Below, in pieces: positions 38,001-50,900 of a stretch of DNA of 64,000 bases (positions are counted from its first letter, which is position 1; every line of letters starts with the position of its first letter). Position numbers and translations under genes: made by a program. A model generated the notes under the pieces. It ran no database searches. It worked only from the letters and a program-made list of their open reading frames with translations, and had not been told where the DNA came from. Origin of the DNA: a virus. Taxonomy: Duplodnaviria; Caudoviricetes. The stretch spans positions 1 through 64,000 of IMG/VR virus record IMGVR_UViG_2551306228_000004; one strand, 5' to 3'.

Positions 38001-39374
38001 TTATATCTCGAGTACTACTTGTTGCTTCATTTGGGGTGTTGTATCTTCACTAAACTTGGCCAAAGCCGCATCAATCTCCTCTATCTCTGCTTCTTTTTCA
38101 ACCAAGGGAGCCAAAACATCATACTTAGCCATTACAAGCTGATATTCCTCTTCCTTGGGAAAGATTTTCTCAACTTCTACTTTGGCTACTTGTAGCTTAT
38201 CTTTTAAATCCTTTACCAGCTCTTGTGTCTTTTCTTGGTCATCTATAATATGGTCAATGGCATTACTGATCCGTTGAATGGTTCCCACGTCTGATTTCAA
38301 ATCAAGGGCGACTGTATATTGGTTATCGCCTACAATCATCAAAGAAACAGTCTCTGGCAAAGGCTCACTAGGACCTCGTGTAGTCATTTTTAAATCAAAT
38401 CCTCTAAAGCTGGCAAGTGTTTTGACTTCCTTGGTATCTGAGCGGTTATAGGTAATGAGTTTTCGCAGGTAGTCTCCTGCTTCTGCACGATTATTCATTG
38501 CTTGATTGTCAAATCGCATGACAAAATCTTGCGACTTTGTTGCCAAAGATTGGGCAATATCTTTATCATATTGACTCAACCGTTTTTCCATGATAGGGAG
38601 GTGCTTCTCGCAATAGGAAACAGTGTGACGGTATTCATCTTTTGAGCGATTAAAAGCTCGTTTTTGATTTTCTAACACTGTCAGTTCATTTTCCAATTCC
38701 ATTTTGAGTTTGAGATAGGGATTACCAGTGGCTAAAGCCTTAAAGTCTGATGCGGTCATGGTTTGTTCATCAATATCTTCTGCTGATCTCACAGGATCTT
38801 TTGAAGTCATAATCTGAGTGATGTATTTGAGCTTATTCTCCTGTGTCTGCCAAAGGTAATTGTCAAAGCTCCCTTTTGTAATATAGTGATAAATATCTAC
38901 CTCCTGGTGCATGTTTCCCTGACGTATCAGTCGTCCATTTCGCTGTACAATATCTGAGGGACGCCAAGGAACATCTAAGTGGTGGACAGCTTTCATGCGT
39001 GATTGTACGTTTAGACCAGTTCCACCTTTTTCCGTAGAAGCCATGAGAATCCGCACTTCACCACTATTGACCTTTCGTGACAGTGAGTTTTTCTTCTCAT
39101 CAGTATTGGCATCATGGACAAAGGCAATTTGTTCCTTTGGAATACCTCGATCGACTAGCAAGTCCTTAAGTTCATTGTAGACATCAAAACCCTCTTCCTT
39201 ACTTTTAGGGGTACCAATATCAGAGAAAATCATCTGTGTGGCTTTGTCTCCAGCTCCTTCACGGTAAATCCGCTCGACATTATCGACCACTTGAAGGATT
39301 TTCTGATTATCTGATAAATTATAAGCAGGGTCAATCAACCGCATATCAATGGCTAGTTTTCTGGCTTCACCTGT
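38001..39374 (-). CDS. SNF2/N6-methylase/helicase, exon 2
   Basis: Begins TGEARKLAIDMR; helicase motifs GTGLNVQ, QRNGRLIRQG. Confidence 0.9.
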   Translation of the reverse strand, partial: TGEARKLAIDMRLIDPAYNLSDNQKILQVVDNVERIYREGAGDKATQMIFSDIGTPKSKEEGFDVYNELKDLLVDRGIPKEQIAFVHDANTDEKKNSLSRKVNSGEVRILMASTEKGGTGLNVQSRMKAVHHLDVPWRPSDIVQRNGRLIRQGNMHQEVDIYHYITKGSFDNYLWQTQENKLKYITQIMTSKDPVRSAEDIDEQTMTASDFKALATGNPYLKLKMELENELTVLENQKRAFNRSKDEYRHTVSYCEKHLPIMEKRLSQYDKDIAQSLATKSQDFVMRFDNQAMNNRAEAGDYLRKLITYNRSDTKEVKTLASFRGFDLKMTTRGPSEPLPETVSLMIVGDNQYTVALDLKSDVGTIQRISNAIDHIIDDQEKTQELVKDLKDKLQVAKVEVEKIFPKEEEYQLVMAKYDVLAPLVEKEAEIEEIDAALAKFSEDTTPQMKQQVVLEI

Positions 39375-41769
39375 GTAGGGTAGGATACTAGCGAGGTAGT
39401 CATTGCGACCCCTTTTCCATTATCCCCCCACCGAACCGGACATGATACTTTCGCATCATCCGGCTCTCCAGTAATTTCATTTCATAAACGTGTATTTATT
39501 GAACCATTATGTATCGCATGGTGACAATCCCGACAGGTCACTAGCGTTTTTCGACGTCTTGCTGACATGACTTCTTTCCACTTTGGAACTAATTTCCCAT
39601 TGTGTTTGTTCAAGTCTGCTAATTTTCTGATATGATGTACCTCTATGTTCTCCTCACTTCCACATAGCTCACACTTATTTGCGAGTAATCGCTTGATAAG
39701 CTCTGTTCGACCACCATAAACTTGATACGGAGCATCTTCTATTACAGTTTTCTTTTTATAAGAAAGTGAAATGCCACCCCACGTTGCAACTAGAGGAGGT
39801 TTATCTTCTCGAGGCACAACTACCTGTAAACACGGCACAGTTCGGCCATTCGTGCTAGTTGTGGTAGTCTTATATTTAGCTAACATTTTATTAATGGATG
39901 ACTTATGTTTAAATGCTAATGTTTTAAGGAGTGATGTTTCCATATACCAATAGACTTTTGAGAACCATGACAAATTTTGTGCCAATATATAATATTGAAC
40001 CAGCCCTCTATATTCTTGTTGGTAAGTTTGAACGATACTAAAGTCATCATCCTGCAATAAGTTATTACGATGAATAGCTTTACCATTTTTCATGTATTGG
40101 CGGCATTTGCTTTCAATAACTGATGCAGGTACAAATAATGCGATAACACCATTGGCACTCCGTCTCCCTTTGTTATCAATATAATCATTGACACGTTGTG
40201 CTTTTATCTCATATCCCAGAAATTTAGCTGATTCTCCAGTCGCATGGGTAATCAAAGTCTTTTCTTGAGAAAGTTCCAAAGATAACTTAGTATTTAAAAA
40301 GTCTCCAATTTGCTTCTTTATAGCCTTTGCCTCAGCTTTTGAACCTGTAAAGCCTAGAATAAAGTCATCCGCATACCGAACATATCTTAATCTCCGATAG
40401 CTGGTATCATAAGTATCAACTGAAGGGAGATTTCTTCTCTCAACAATTAACTGATGAGCTTTTTTATAATCTCCTTTATCCTGATAGCATTTAATTCTTC
40501 TACTCAAACGATTATAGGCTGAGTTTGCTTTCTGCTTTTTACCTCTTGTATATTGAGGTATCAGTTCTTCACCGACCCACTTATCAAATTGATGTAAATA
40601 GATATTAGCTAATAAAGGACTAATAACTCCACCTTGCGGTGTTCCACTAATAGTCTTGTGAAACTTCCAATCATCAAGATATCCTGCCTCAAGCATATTT
40701 TTGATAAGCCTAATAAACCGACCATCCTGAATTTGTCTAGACAACATAGTGATTAATACATCGTGGTCAATCGTGTCAAAATAACTAGAGATATCTCCTT
40801 CTATGAACCAACGTGTCCCTTTCCAAGTCTGAATTTCTTGTAAAGCTGTATGACACCCTCTTTTTGGTCTAAAACCATGAGAATGTTCACTAAATTGTGG
40901 CTCATAATAGGCTTCTAATATCATGCGAATCACTTCCTGAAGAAGTTTATCACTCCATACTGGTATTCCCAAAGGACGGTGTTTTCCATTCTTTTTAGGA
41001 ATGTACTCTCTCCTAGCTGGTCTCCAGTAATAGGTTTCTCGTCTTAATTGTTCAATAATCCTATCTATTTTTTGAATAGACATACCATCAATCGTTTCCT
41101 CTGTAACACCCTTTGTCATTGCTCCGTTATTCGGGTATAACTTTGCATAGGCTATTAGATACAATTCACGATTAAATAGTAATTTATAAACCCTTTCAAG
41201 TGGTTTATCTTGTTTTCCACGTTCATGAATGACTGTTAAAATAGTTTTGGCTGTACGCATCTCACGCACCTAATCCTTTCTAACTAATCGAAATTACCTG
41301 TCACCCTTCGCCATGTACAAGGTTTTCCCTTGCTCAAACTACTACGGTGACTCCGTTACCATAAGGGTCTCCCCTCTTAGGCAATCCTGCTATTCGTTAA
41401 AAATGTACGTTCTAGTAACCCTTAGGTTCCTCACTCATTCCTTTATTCATACTTATCGTATGCTCTTTTACTGTAGAAAGTTATTCGTCCAAAATCACAA
41501 CAACGAATATACAGTAACATCGGTCTCAGTTACTTTCCGATGGGCGATGCTTTGCACCTAGTCAGAATTGATGTTCAAGCAGTTTAGCCTTAACCATAGG
41601 TTACGGAACTTGCGGCACATCAAAGCGTTGTAACTCACTCCTTATCCGCTTTACTAACATGCTATTGTCCCCTTTGGGTTTCCCCGCTAGGTTAGTTAGT
41701 TGTTCCTATTATTTACTTTCAATAATATCCCTCTGCGAGGGAGATACATTTTTACGCTTAACAGCGCAC
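39375..41769 (-). mobile_element. Group IIA intron (2395 nt) in the SNF2 gene
   Basis: 5' GTGCG, 3' AC, domain V GAGAGCCGGATGATGCGAAAGTATCATGTCCGGTTC; removal joins MLKI-TGEARK in frame. Confidence 0.95.
39482..41269 (-). CDS. ltrA: Group II intron reverse transcriptase/maturase with HNH endonuclease
   Basis: GTPQGG, YVRYADD, domain X, CELC..EVHH..CRDCH. Confidence 0.96.
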   Translation of the reverse strand: MREMRTAKTILTVIHERGKQDKPLERVYKLLFNRELYLIAYAKLYPNNGAMTKGVTEETIDGMSIQKIDRIIEQLRRETYYWRPARREYIPKKNGKHRPLGIPVWSDKLLQEVIRMILEAYYEPQFSEHSHGFRPKRGCHTALQEIQTWKGTRWFIEGDISSYFDTIDHDVLITMLSRQIQDGRFIRLIKNMLEAGYLDDWKFHKTISGTPQGGVISPLLANIYLHQFDKWVGEELIPQYTRGKKQKANSAYNRLSRRIKCYQDKGDYKKAHQLIVERRNLPSVDTYDTSYRRLRYVRYADDFILGFTGSKAEAKAIKKQIGDFLNTKLSLELSQEKTLITHATGESAKFLGYEIKAQRVNDYIDNKGRRSANGVIALFVPASVIESKCRQYMKNGKAIHRNNLLQDDDFSIVQTYQQEYRGLVQYYILAQNLSWFSKVYWYMETSLLKTLAFKHKSSINKMLAKYKTTTTSTNGRTVPCLQVVVPREDKPPLVATWGGISLSYKKKTVIEDAPYQVYGGRTELIKRLLANKCELCGSEENIEVHHIRKLADLNKHNGKLVPKWKEVMSARRRKTLVTCRDCHHAIHNGSINTRL

Positions 41770-44700
41770 GATTTTAAGCATGTTATCTCTACTTGGATCA
41801 ACACTACCTGACTTGATAGCGTCTGAACGCTCTACCAGTTCTTCTAAATAGTATTTCTGAGCTTGCGTTAACTCGCTTTCCACCGCAATAATCTTAGCTT
41901 CAGGTACAGGTAAATCAAGCATATCTGAAGTCTGAATATCAGCTGTTTCCTTGTAAATTCGCATGAGTTCAGGAAGGTTGACAAATTTCTTGAACCGTTT
42001 CTTAGGTTGGTATTTATCTCCTGTCGGGGCTAGTTCCATAGAGTTTTCGATATTCCCAAAAGCCCCAACCCAGGAGTCAAAATTGGATACCTGGTATCGT
42101 TCCAAGACATCGGGTTGAATGTAATTCATCATAGTGAAAAGTTCACTAATGGAGTTTGAGACTGGTGTTCCTGTCGCAAAAACAACATTTCTATCGCCAT
42201 GCTCTGCCTGAACCTGTCTCACCTTCATTTCCATGTCTACGTTCTTTTTTGAAGTGGTATTGGTGATACCCGCGACATTCCCAAGTCCAGTGATTGGTCG
42301 GATATTCTTGAAGTGATGAGCCTCATCCACAAAAAGAAAATCAATGCCAAGGTTTTCAAATTCAATAAAGGTATCCCGCTCCAGTTTTTGGAGTTCTTCT
42401 AATTGGTGCTCTAGTCCCTTAATCGAACGCTCTGCTTCTTTCACCGTATAATCAGAGTCACTTCCTAGCTTGATTTCTCTGAGTTGTTCAAGTTTGTCAT
42501 TGATATAGGTGACCTGTTTTTCACGACTCATCGGTATCTTCTCAAATTGTGAATCTCCAATGACAATGGCATCATAGTCCCCTGTGATAATACGTGATAC
42601 AAACTGTTTGCGTTTAGCTTTGGCAAAATCTTTCTTGGTGGTCACATAGACTTTTTTGGTTGGGAAAAATTTCATGATTTCTTGACCAAACTGAGCAGTC
42701 AAACTAGAAGGAACCACATAGAGAGGTTTATGCACCATCCCTAATTCTTTCAACTTGAAACCAGCTCCAAGCATGGTCAAAGTTTTTCCAGACCCTACCT
42801 CGTGGGCTAGTAGAGCACGTTTTTCCTCGACAATTCGTTGAATGGCATTCTTTTGGTGAGGACGTAAGGAGATATTCTGAGCAAGTCCATCAATGGTTAA
42901 ATGACTACCATCATAGGACTTTGATACCGTACGATTGTAGAGCCTATTATAGGTGTCTTCAATCAACTGTTGAACTTCTGGGTACCCTGCCACATAGTCT
43001 TGAAAGAGTTCTTGGAGGTGCGTTTCCTTGGCACGCAGGACTGTTGTTTTCTCTACATCCGTCACATTCTTTTTCTTATCCCCTTCGACAACTTGTTTTG
43101 TGATGGTTGGTTGATTGGAATTCAGGAGATTTTCAAAGATTTTTCGACCACTATCATAGCGTGAAGCAGGGACACCTAAACTCCTATCTGTTGCGTTGGA
43201 ATAGGTGTAGGCAAACTTAGATTGGTAAGTGATAACCCCGTCAATGGGACTGACCTCAAGGACTGTCGCTACTTCTTGGTCTGACAGTTCATAGGCTTTC
43301 CCCATAAAGGTTTCTTGGGCAAATTTTCCATAAACAGCCAGAGGAATCCAGCGTGAACCGATTCGATAATCAATGTCTGCTAAAGTAATGCGTGCTGGTT
43401 TGACTGTTTCTAGAAGTCCTGCATAATGCGGCCAGTTAAAGTCCTGATTGTCTTGTTTGACAAATAGGTCCACCACTTCTAACTTGGTAACGACATCCCC
43501 TGACAGAAAGTCTTGGCGAGAAACATAGGTCAATTCTCCATTCAAATACTTCTCAGGATCAGGCATAATGAGGTCGCCTAATTCCTCAATCAAGGTCATC
43601 TTCGATTCAACCTGATAGATAGACATCATATAATCGAAATCAACACCACGTCCGTCAGCCAAGCTCGAATTTAAGGCATCAAGGGCAGTATGTACCTTTT
43701 TAACCTCTTTTTCAGGACGCACTAAAGCCTTCTCAAAAGCAAGGGATTTAGTATAGATAACAGACTTTCCACTTGGATCCAGACGTTCATCTTCCAAACT
43801 AGCAAGAAGCGAATACTTATCATCACTATCAAAAAGATTGCGGTTCACTGCACTGTTCAAATACCCATAGTGTTTGACAAAGCTATCATAGGTACGATTG
43901 AGTTTGCCTAACAAGTGGTTAAAGGTCTCCTTATCGTAGTCATAATAGCGTTGAATGGCAATAACTTCTTGGTAGGCATTGCGAATATTGACCATTCCTT
44001 TGATTCGTGCCACTTCTTTATCAGACAATGGAGCTTCATAGAAAACTGTCTTTTTATAATATCCCTTAAACTGACCACGTTTTGCTGCATCATCGGTCAC
44101 ATAGACATCCAGAGCAGTGTTATCAGTCACTTCTAAGGCATTAAAGCGATCAATCTGCTTTTGAGAATGTTTGGTGTCCCATGCTTTGAAGTTGCCCTCT
44201 TCATCGACATAGTAACTGATTTCTTCCGTCTTGGTTCCGACTCGAATGCCTTTGTTATCTCGATAGTAAACTGTAGAACCCTGATAACCAAAACTGTACT
44301 GGCCTAGATTCTCCCTCATTTCAGCTGGAATGGAGGTATCAATGACTTGTTTGGTCAACACATCTGGGTTAATGATGACCTCATTTCTATCAATCTTTCT
44401 TGGGGCTTTTACGTGATGTAGAGCTGTTTCAACACTTGCAATCAAGTCATCACTAGTCCCCTTAACAGAAAGTGTTCCGCCATTAAAATTTCTGACCTCG
44501 TAGGTTCCTAGCACCTGGCTATTGTATTCTCCATCAAAGTAAGGATTGAGCCAAATGCGACTATCCATTTCATAACGAATGGAACCTGAAAAGGCTAAGT
44601 CGTCTGCCACATATTCCTTGTTCAGGTGTTTCTGGAAGAATAACATATCCGTTGTGACACTCGTTCCCGCAATGGCCTTAAAGGCAGAATCAGGCAGTCG

Positions 44701-47220
44701 AACCCCACCAAGAAATTCAGTTGTCTCACGAATATCTTGTAAGATGTTTTCTGTTCGCTTATCCATAGTTCCTGTGGAAGAGATAATCGCTACTTGTCCA
44801 CCATCATGGACCAAATCAAGTGACTTTTTGACAAAGTAGTCATGAATCATGTAAGGCCTATCGTACCTGTTATCCGCAATTCGTATATTGGCAAAGGGAA
44901 CATTTGAAATCACTAAATCAAAACTATTGTCGTTAAAAGCCACCGTCTCAAAGCCCTTAATTTCAATGTGACTATTTGGATGAAGGTGTTTGGCAATAGC
45001 TCCTGTAATAGTATCTAATTCCACACCATATAACTCACTCTTTTCTCTTAAGTGTTTGGGCATTGCTGCAAAAAAATTCCCTGTTCCCATGGAAGGATCT
45101 AGGATTTTGCCACCTGTAAAGCCATCTCTTTCCAACTTATCCCACATCTGACGGATAAGGGCAGGGTCTGTATAATAGGCTGTCAGAGAGGACTGTTTCA
45201 TATCCGAATACTCTTTATCTGTGACTAGGCTTTTCAGTTCTTCTCGTTCCTTAGAAAATTTTGGATTATAGTCATCAAAAAATTCATTGGCTAGTCCACC
45301 CCAGCCTACATACTTGGCAAGGAGTTCTTGTTCATTTTTACTTGCCTGACGGTGTCCCGTTTCAAGTGTTTTAACCAAACGAATGGCCGCGATGTTTGTC
45401 TCAACCTTATCTCTAGCAGTCTTAGGATAAAAGTCTATCATATCTTCTGGAAAATAAAAGTCCATTACTGGAATCGCTGGAATTGTTTCGACTACTACCT
45501 CTTCAGGAATTTGATTATCTGTTTCTTCAAGATCAGTATCGTTATGACCATTTTCTGAATCATCTAGTTCCAATAGTCCAATACTCTGAACTGGCTCCTC
45601 TTCCAGAAATGAGAATAGGTTTAATTCTTGGTCCGCTTCTTCTAACTCTGTTTGTGGTTCTGCCTTTGGCTGATGAAGTGCCTGACTGACTTCTTCCCAG
45701 GTCCTCACATAAAGAACTGGATTTTGTTCAACGATATCCGAAAAATCATTGACTAACTCAATCCGAATCAAACCGTTCAATCGAGCATCGCTGACCGACA
45801 TGACCTCAAAGTCCTGTCCCTTATAGGAAACCAATGACCCCAGAGGATAAGTGTCCAATACTCTCTGAACCAGTGGATTTTCCGCTAACTCTTCATCAAC
45901 CACTACTTTCGACTCAGCTTTCTCTAGCTTGCTTTTCCAATCTCTGAGGGTTAAATCTGGCTGATTACCTTTATCTTTTTCAAATTGCTCCGCATCTTCT
46001 CTGCTGAGTTCTTCGTGTAAAAAGGCGTAGGCAACTTGTCGCAGCTCTTCAAGGGAAAGCTGGCTACCAAAGAAAAATTCAACCATTTCATGACTTAGTC
46101 CCATTTGGAGTAGTTCTGTCGCAAGGGCTAGTTGAGTTACCGAGGCTTTGGGATAACCACCTAATAAAGCAAGGTCCGCATTTTTTAAACGAAAACGACC
46201 TGCCGCATCCAATAAAATACCGACTTGGTCTGATTCAAACTGAGATAGCTCAATCCCTAGCTGAGTCAATTTTTCTTGATTTTCTATCCTAATAGCTCGT
46301 CCAATTTTTTCTAATTCCTTTTCTTCGACTCTAGTCAGCGTTCGTTTCAGCTCATAGGGACTACCATCAGCCTCTAGATAGGTAAGTAACTCCTCGCCCT
46401 CAAAGATTGGTGTCATTTCCATCTCAGTATCAAAATCACCTCGTCTAAAACTTGCGACTTTGGAACGTTCATTTCGAATTTGGTCAAAATATGTTAGAAT
46501 CTCAAATTTACGTCGTAAAGATAACTCTTCATAAGCTGGCAGATGACTGGTTTTTCCTGTTTGAACATCTAGTTGAGACAAATCTACATCCAAACTAGCA
46601 ATGATGAGAGAGCCATCTTCTCTAAATGATATTACTTGATTACTACTCACTTTGTGCTCATCAACAGTTTCTTCATTTTCTAGAACTGTTTCATCAACTC
46701 CTGTTTCAAGCTCAGGCTCGTAAGTCAATAGAAACTGCTCAATATCTCGGCTGATTCGATCCGCTAAATTATTAGCCACACGATAAACATTGACCAAATT
46801 AGCTCCCCTACTCTTTTGTAATAGAGAATCTGGTGAAATAGTTTGGTAGTGTCCATTTGAGTCTAATAGTTGAAAACGAGTGGCCAGATTGAACAAGGCC
46901 ACTTCAATCACCAAGTCTTTTTCAGACGGCGATAGTTTGTCGAGTTTTTGGAGACCAGTTTGGCCGAAAACTTGTGTATAGGTCAATAGATCATGAGCAG
47001 TATCATAAGGACTAGCCTGGACAAAAGCTGAAACATCTGTCTCAAAGTGAAGTACCTGAACAGATCTTTTGATTCCCTGCCTATTGGTCAAAAACTGACG
47101 AATAAGACTATCCCACTCCTCATCAAAATGCTCTGCTTGGTAATATAAAAATTCCTCAAGCAGGGCTCTATCACGAGGAATGGTGGCTCTCATCATTTGT
47201 AGTAAGACTTCTTGATTCAT
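41770..47220 (-). CDS. SNF2/N6-methylase/helicase, exon 1 (spliced product 2274 aa)
   Basis: DPSMGTG and NVPF methylase motifs, GSGKT, DEAH, ATGTP. Confidence 0.92.
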
Positions 47221-47236
47221 TTTCCCTCCCATTTTA

Positions 47237-47265
47237 AAAGGGCTGAGAGTTTTTCTCAGCCCTTT
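47237..47265 (-). terminator. Hairpin between the upstream gene and SNF2
   Basis: AAAGGGCTGAGA...TCTCAGCCCTTT. Confidence 0.65.
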
Positions 47266-47268
47266 GCG

Positions 47269-47823
47269 TTAATCTAGGACCAAGGCTCGTTGGTCTCTTT
47301 CTTGTGGAATACCTTCCATTACAGTTGCCACATAGTGTTGTAAGAAATGACTTTTCTGGTCTAGTAAATCTTTTTGCAAGGCAAGGTGAACCAAATCTCC
47401 AAAATAATCCTGACTGGAAATAGCCAAGTCCTGTTGAATCATGGCCTGTAAGGTTTCAAGGCTAAGTGGTGAATAATCGTCACTATCCAAAACCTCATAC
47501 TGTTCCAAGGTGTCTGAGAGACTATTGGAGGACATTAAATCCATAATAAAACTAGAGCCTTCACCTGTTCGGTACAGCTTTTCCAGAATATCAGTCATAT
47601 CAGCTTTTACTTCATCCTGATAACTATCAACTTTAACTCGTAGCTCATCACTAATCAAGGATAGGTCATCCTCATCCATATAATCTTGATAAACCTGATT
47701 GAGGATTGTTCTATCAGAAATACTTAATTCCAAAGAGAGAAAGGCTTTGATAAACTCTTGGTAATTAACCTTCTCCATTTCAGACAAAGCCTCTTTTATG
47801 GTGTCAAAGTTCCAAGCCATCAC
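47269..47823 (-). CDS. Acidic ICE backbone hypothetical protein
   Basis: 184-aa ORF with AAGGAG RBS. Confidence 0.75.
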   Translation of the reverse strand: MMAWNFDTIKEALSEMEKVNYQEFIKAFLSLELSISDRTILNQVYQDYMDEDDLSLISDELRVKVDSYQDEVKADMTDILEKLYRTGEGSSFIMDLMSSNSLSDTLEQYEVLDSDDYSPLSLETLQAMIQQDLAISSQDYFGDLVHLALQKDLLDQKSHFLQHYVATVMEGIPQERDQRALVLD

Positions 47824-47995
47824 ACAACTCCTTTTGTGGGACTAGTGGTGAATGTCCAGATTGTAGCTCTTCTAAATCAGCTTGACCATCACCATCTGTG
47901 TCAACAGACTGCGGATTGGTTCCCAAAGCTAGTTCCTGAGCATCTGTCAGACCATCCAGGTCTGAATCCTTTTCATAAATGCTTTTTGGATTCAT
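47804..47995 (-). CDS. Small Ca-binding (thrombospondin type 3-like repeat) protein
   Basis: DSDLDGLTD and DTDGDGQAD repeats. Confidence 0.8.
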   Translation of the reverse strand: MNPKSIYEKDSDLDGLTDAQELALGTNPQSVDTDGDGQADLEELQSGHSPLVPQKELCDGLEL

Positions 47996-50900
47996 CTACT
48001 TCTCCTCCTTTCTCTTCAGTCCATAAGCCGTACCAAGTAGAATACCAGCTCCAATTAAGCCCAAAAGGGATTCCTGTTCCCCTGTATTTGGCAAAATGCT
48101 TGCTGGAACAGGTGGTTCAAGAGACTCAATCGGTGGTTGAGGTGGAGTGGGTTGATTTGGACTTGGTTCTTCAGGTTGAGGTGTATGTGTTACAACTGTA
48201 TTTGAACTGATGACATAGCCATTCACTGTATGGAGATAGGTATTCTCCACCTGACCAGCCGCAATCCGTTTCATTTGAAGGTAAACATCTGCCTGAAAGG
48301 CTGAATCATCAGAGACAGTCTCTAAGAAGGATTTATCAAATGAAATTGACACTAGGCCATTTTCTGTATCCACTTGTTGCAAGGTATATTTCGTAACCTC
48401 CGTTCCTTCTTTTAAGACAGAACCGTCTTTGAGGATGACATCCGTCATCAGATAGCTGCGATAAACACCATTATACTCATCATGCTTTTCATCATAGTTA
48501 TCTTCAAAACCATATTCAAATAAATCAGTCGCACGATTGCTTGGAATCATCGCTCCAACCAAGCGATAGTTAAAGGTTTGATGCAAGGCCACTTCTTTCC
48601 CGTCAAGGCTCTCATCCTTATGAGACAAGTCAATCACCACATCTTTTTGTGGGTCTAGTTTGGGAACATTATTGACCACTGTTTCCGTGACATAGGCCAA
48701 GCCAAAATCAATCTGATAGGCTGTATTTTCATACTGACCACCTGTTTTGGTCAACTCATTTTTTACCGTCATCGGAAGCGTGACAACTAAGGTTTGACCA
48801 GTCTTCACATAGGTCTCATAAAAGGCTTTTGGATCATCGCTACTAAGAACTTGAATGGCTCCTTTAGGTGTAAACTGACGTTTAGCCATGGCATCTTGGA
48901 CGACTTTCGGAGCTTCTGACAAACTAGCGTATGTGCTGACAGAGATACCAGATACACGATTGCCATCCTTATCCAAAACTTGAATGCCATCAGGATTTAG
49001 GGTAAGGGCTTCTTCTGGGTAATCGTCTACCATGTAAAATCCCTTGGCAAGAACATCATCCGTCACGACCATGTCCTTGTATTGACTGTAATCCAAAACA
49101 ATTTTGTAATAATTGACTGTATTCGGAAGGGCAGTCTTTCCATCGATTAAAATGCCTTCTTGATTAGTATTAGACTTATGTGGAGTTACTTTTGGAACAT
49201 AATTGGTTACCGTATTGGTTTCATAGGCCTGTCCAAAATCTACTTGGTAGGCCACGTTGTCATAAGACTTCCCTGAATTAAGCATGGAGTCCAAAACAGT
49301 CATCGGAGTAACAATGGTAATGTTCTCACCCTTGGTCACATAGTTTTCATAGAAGGCTTGTGGATCTTCAGGCATAAAGACTTGGAAAGCACCTTTGGGC
49401 TGAATGTTCCGTTTAGAAAAGGCTTCTTGTAGCGTTTTAGGAGCTTCTGACAGATGAGAATAGGATTTCACAGTGATTCCTGAAGCTGGCTTGCCTTCAG
49501 ATGTGACAAACTGAACAGCTGTTTCATCTGGTAAAAGGGCTTCTTCTGGATAATCATCCACAAAGTAAAAACCTTGTGCAATCTGAGAGCTGTCTGCTTT
49601 AATGCCTCTGTATTGGTCCAAATCCCATGAAAGAGTATAGTAATTTTGAGTTCCCACAAGCATGGGCTTCCCATTGATATCCACTTTGTCTTTATTGAGG
49701 TTTTGTTTCTTTGGTTCTGGAGAAACAAGGGTGTTGGTCACTTCTTTGGTTTCATAACCATTTCCAAAATCAACTTGATAAGCCTTGTTTGTATAGGTCT
49801 TATTTTGACCATAGAGACTATCTTTCACCGTCATTTTGGTCAAAAGAGCTAAAGAAGTTCCTGTTTGAACATACTGGTCATAAAAGGCTTGGTTGTCATC
49901 CGGCAAAAAGACTTGAAAGGCACCTGTTGGTGTAATCTTAGCACGAGCTAATTTATCTTGAAGGTCTTTAGGAGCTTCATTTAGGGAAGCATAGTTTTTA
50001 ACCGTTATTCCTGATACATTCTGACCGTCAAGGGTTGTAACAGCCGTGCCATTTTCCACCACATCGAGCACTTCCTCTAGGTAATCGTCCACAAAGAAGA
50101 AGCCTCGTGCAATTGTCTCTTTAGCAGAACGATCTCCCTTATACTGGTCCAAATCCCAATTCAATCGGTAGTGGTTGGTCGTACCAAGGGCTACGACTGT
50201 ATCGTTAATGAGGACACCATCCGCATTTTCATTGTTCTTGTCAGGTGTAATAAGTGTAGTTGTCTCCCCATCACCTGGTGTACGAACCGTTACAACATTT
50301 GAAGTGACTGTGTAAGCATTGGTTGTGCCCTTGTTCAAAAGGAGTTGGTAGCTATTATAATAGGTTGCCCCATCATTTTGAACAGTTCCATAGAGTTTTG
50401 GAGCGGTCAGTTGATAAACCTTGGTTAAATCTTTATTTACCTCCTGCAACAAGTTTTCCTTTGCGGTTAAGGTCACAAAATTCTTAGTCTCATCAAAGCT
50501 AAGGACATAGTTTCCATTTTCTTTTTGTGTTGTTTCCTTATCAAATAGGTAACCAGCAGGTAAGTAGTCCTCAAAAATGAGACTAGTCGTTTGAGCACGA
50601 TTGGACGATAAGGCATCAACTGTTAAGGGATAAATCACCGTTGAATCTTTTGCGACAGTTTTCTCATGAAGATTAGCTTGGTCACTGTTGACCACTTCTT
50701 TCATGATCTCTGGAGTAGTCGTCAAACGGTACGCATGATAATGGACAGTGGGTACTTGTGGTGGCGTTGGAAGTTCTTTTGGAATAGGTCTGACAGGTAA
50801 GGTTACCTTAGTCAAGGTCAGATTAGGCTGCACTACTTCATCCAAAGGCTTTGGCGTGAAGGTCACAGGCTTTTCTGGTGTAAAAGTTTTTGGAATATAG

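Larger units (their letters stand above)
36618..38954. repeat. Backbone duplication copy B
   Basis: See copy A at 20018-22954. Confidence 0.92.

Noticed and set aside
39482-41269. Retron, DGR or defence reverse transcriptase
   Set aside because: Maturase and HNH domains, GUGCG/AC ends, domain V and in-frame exon joining identify a group II intron
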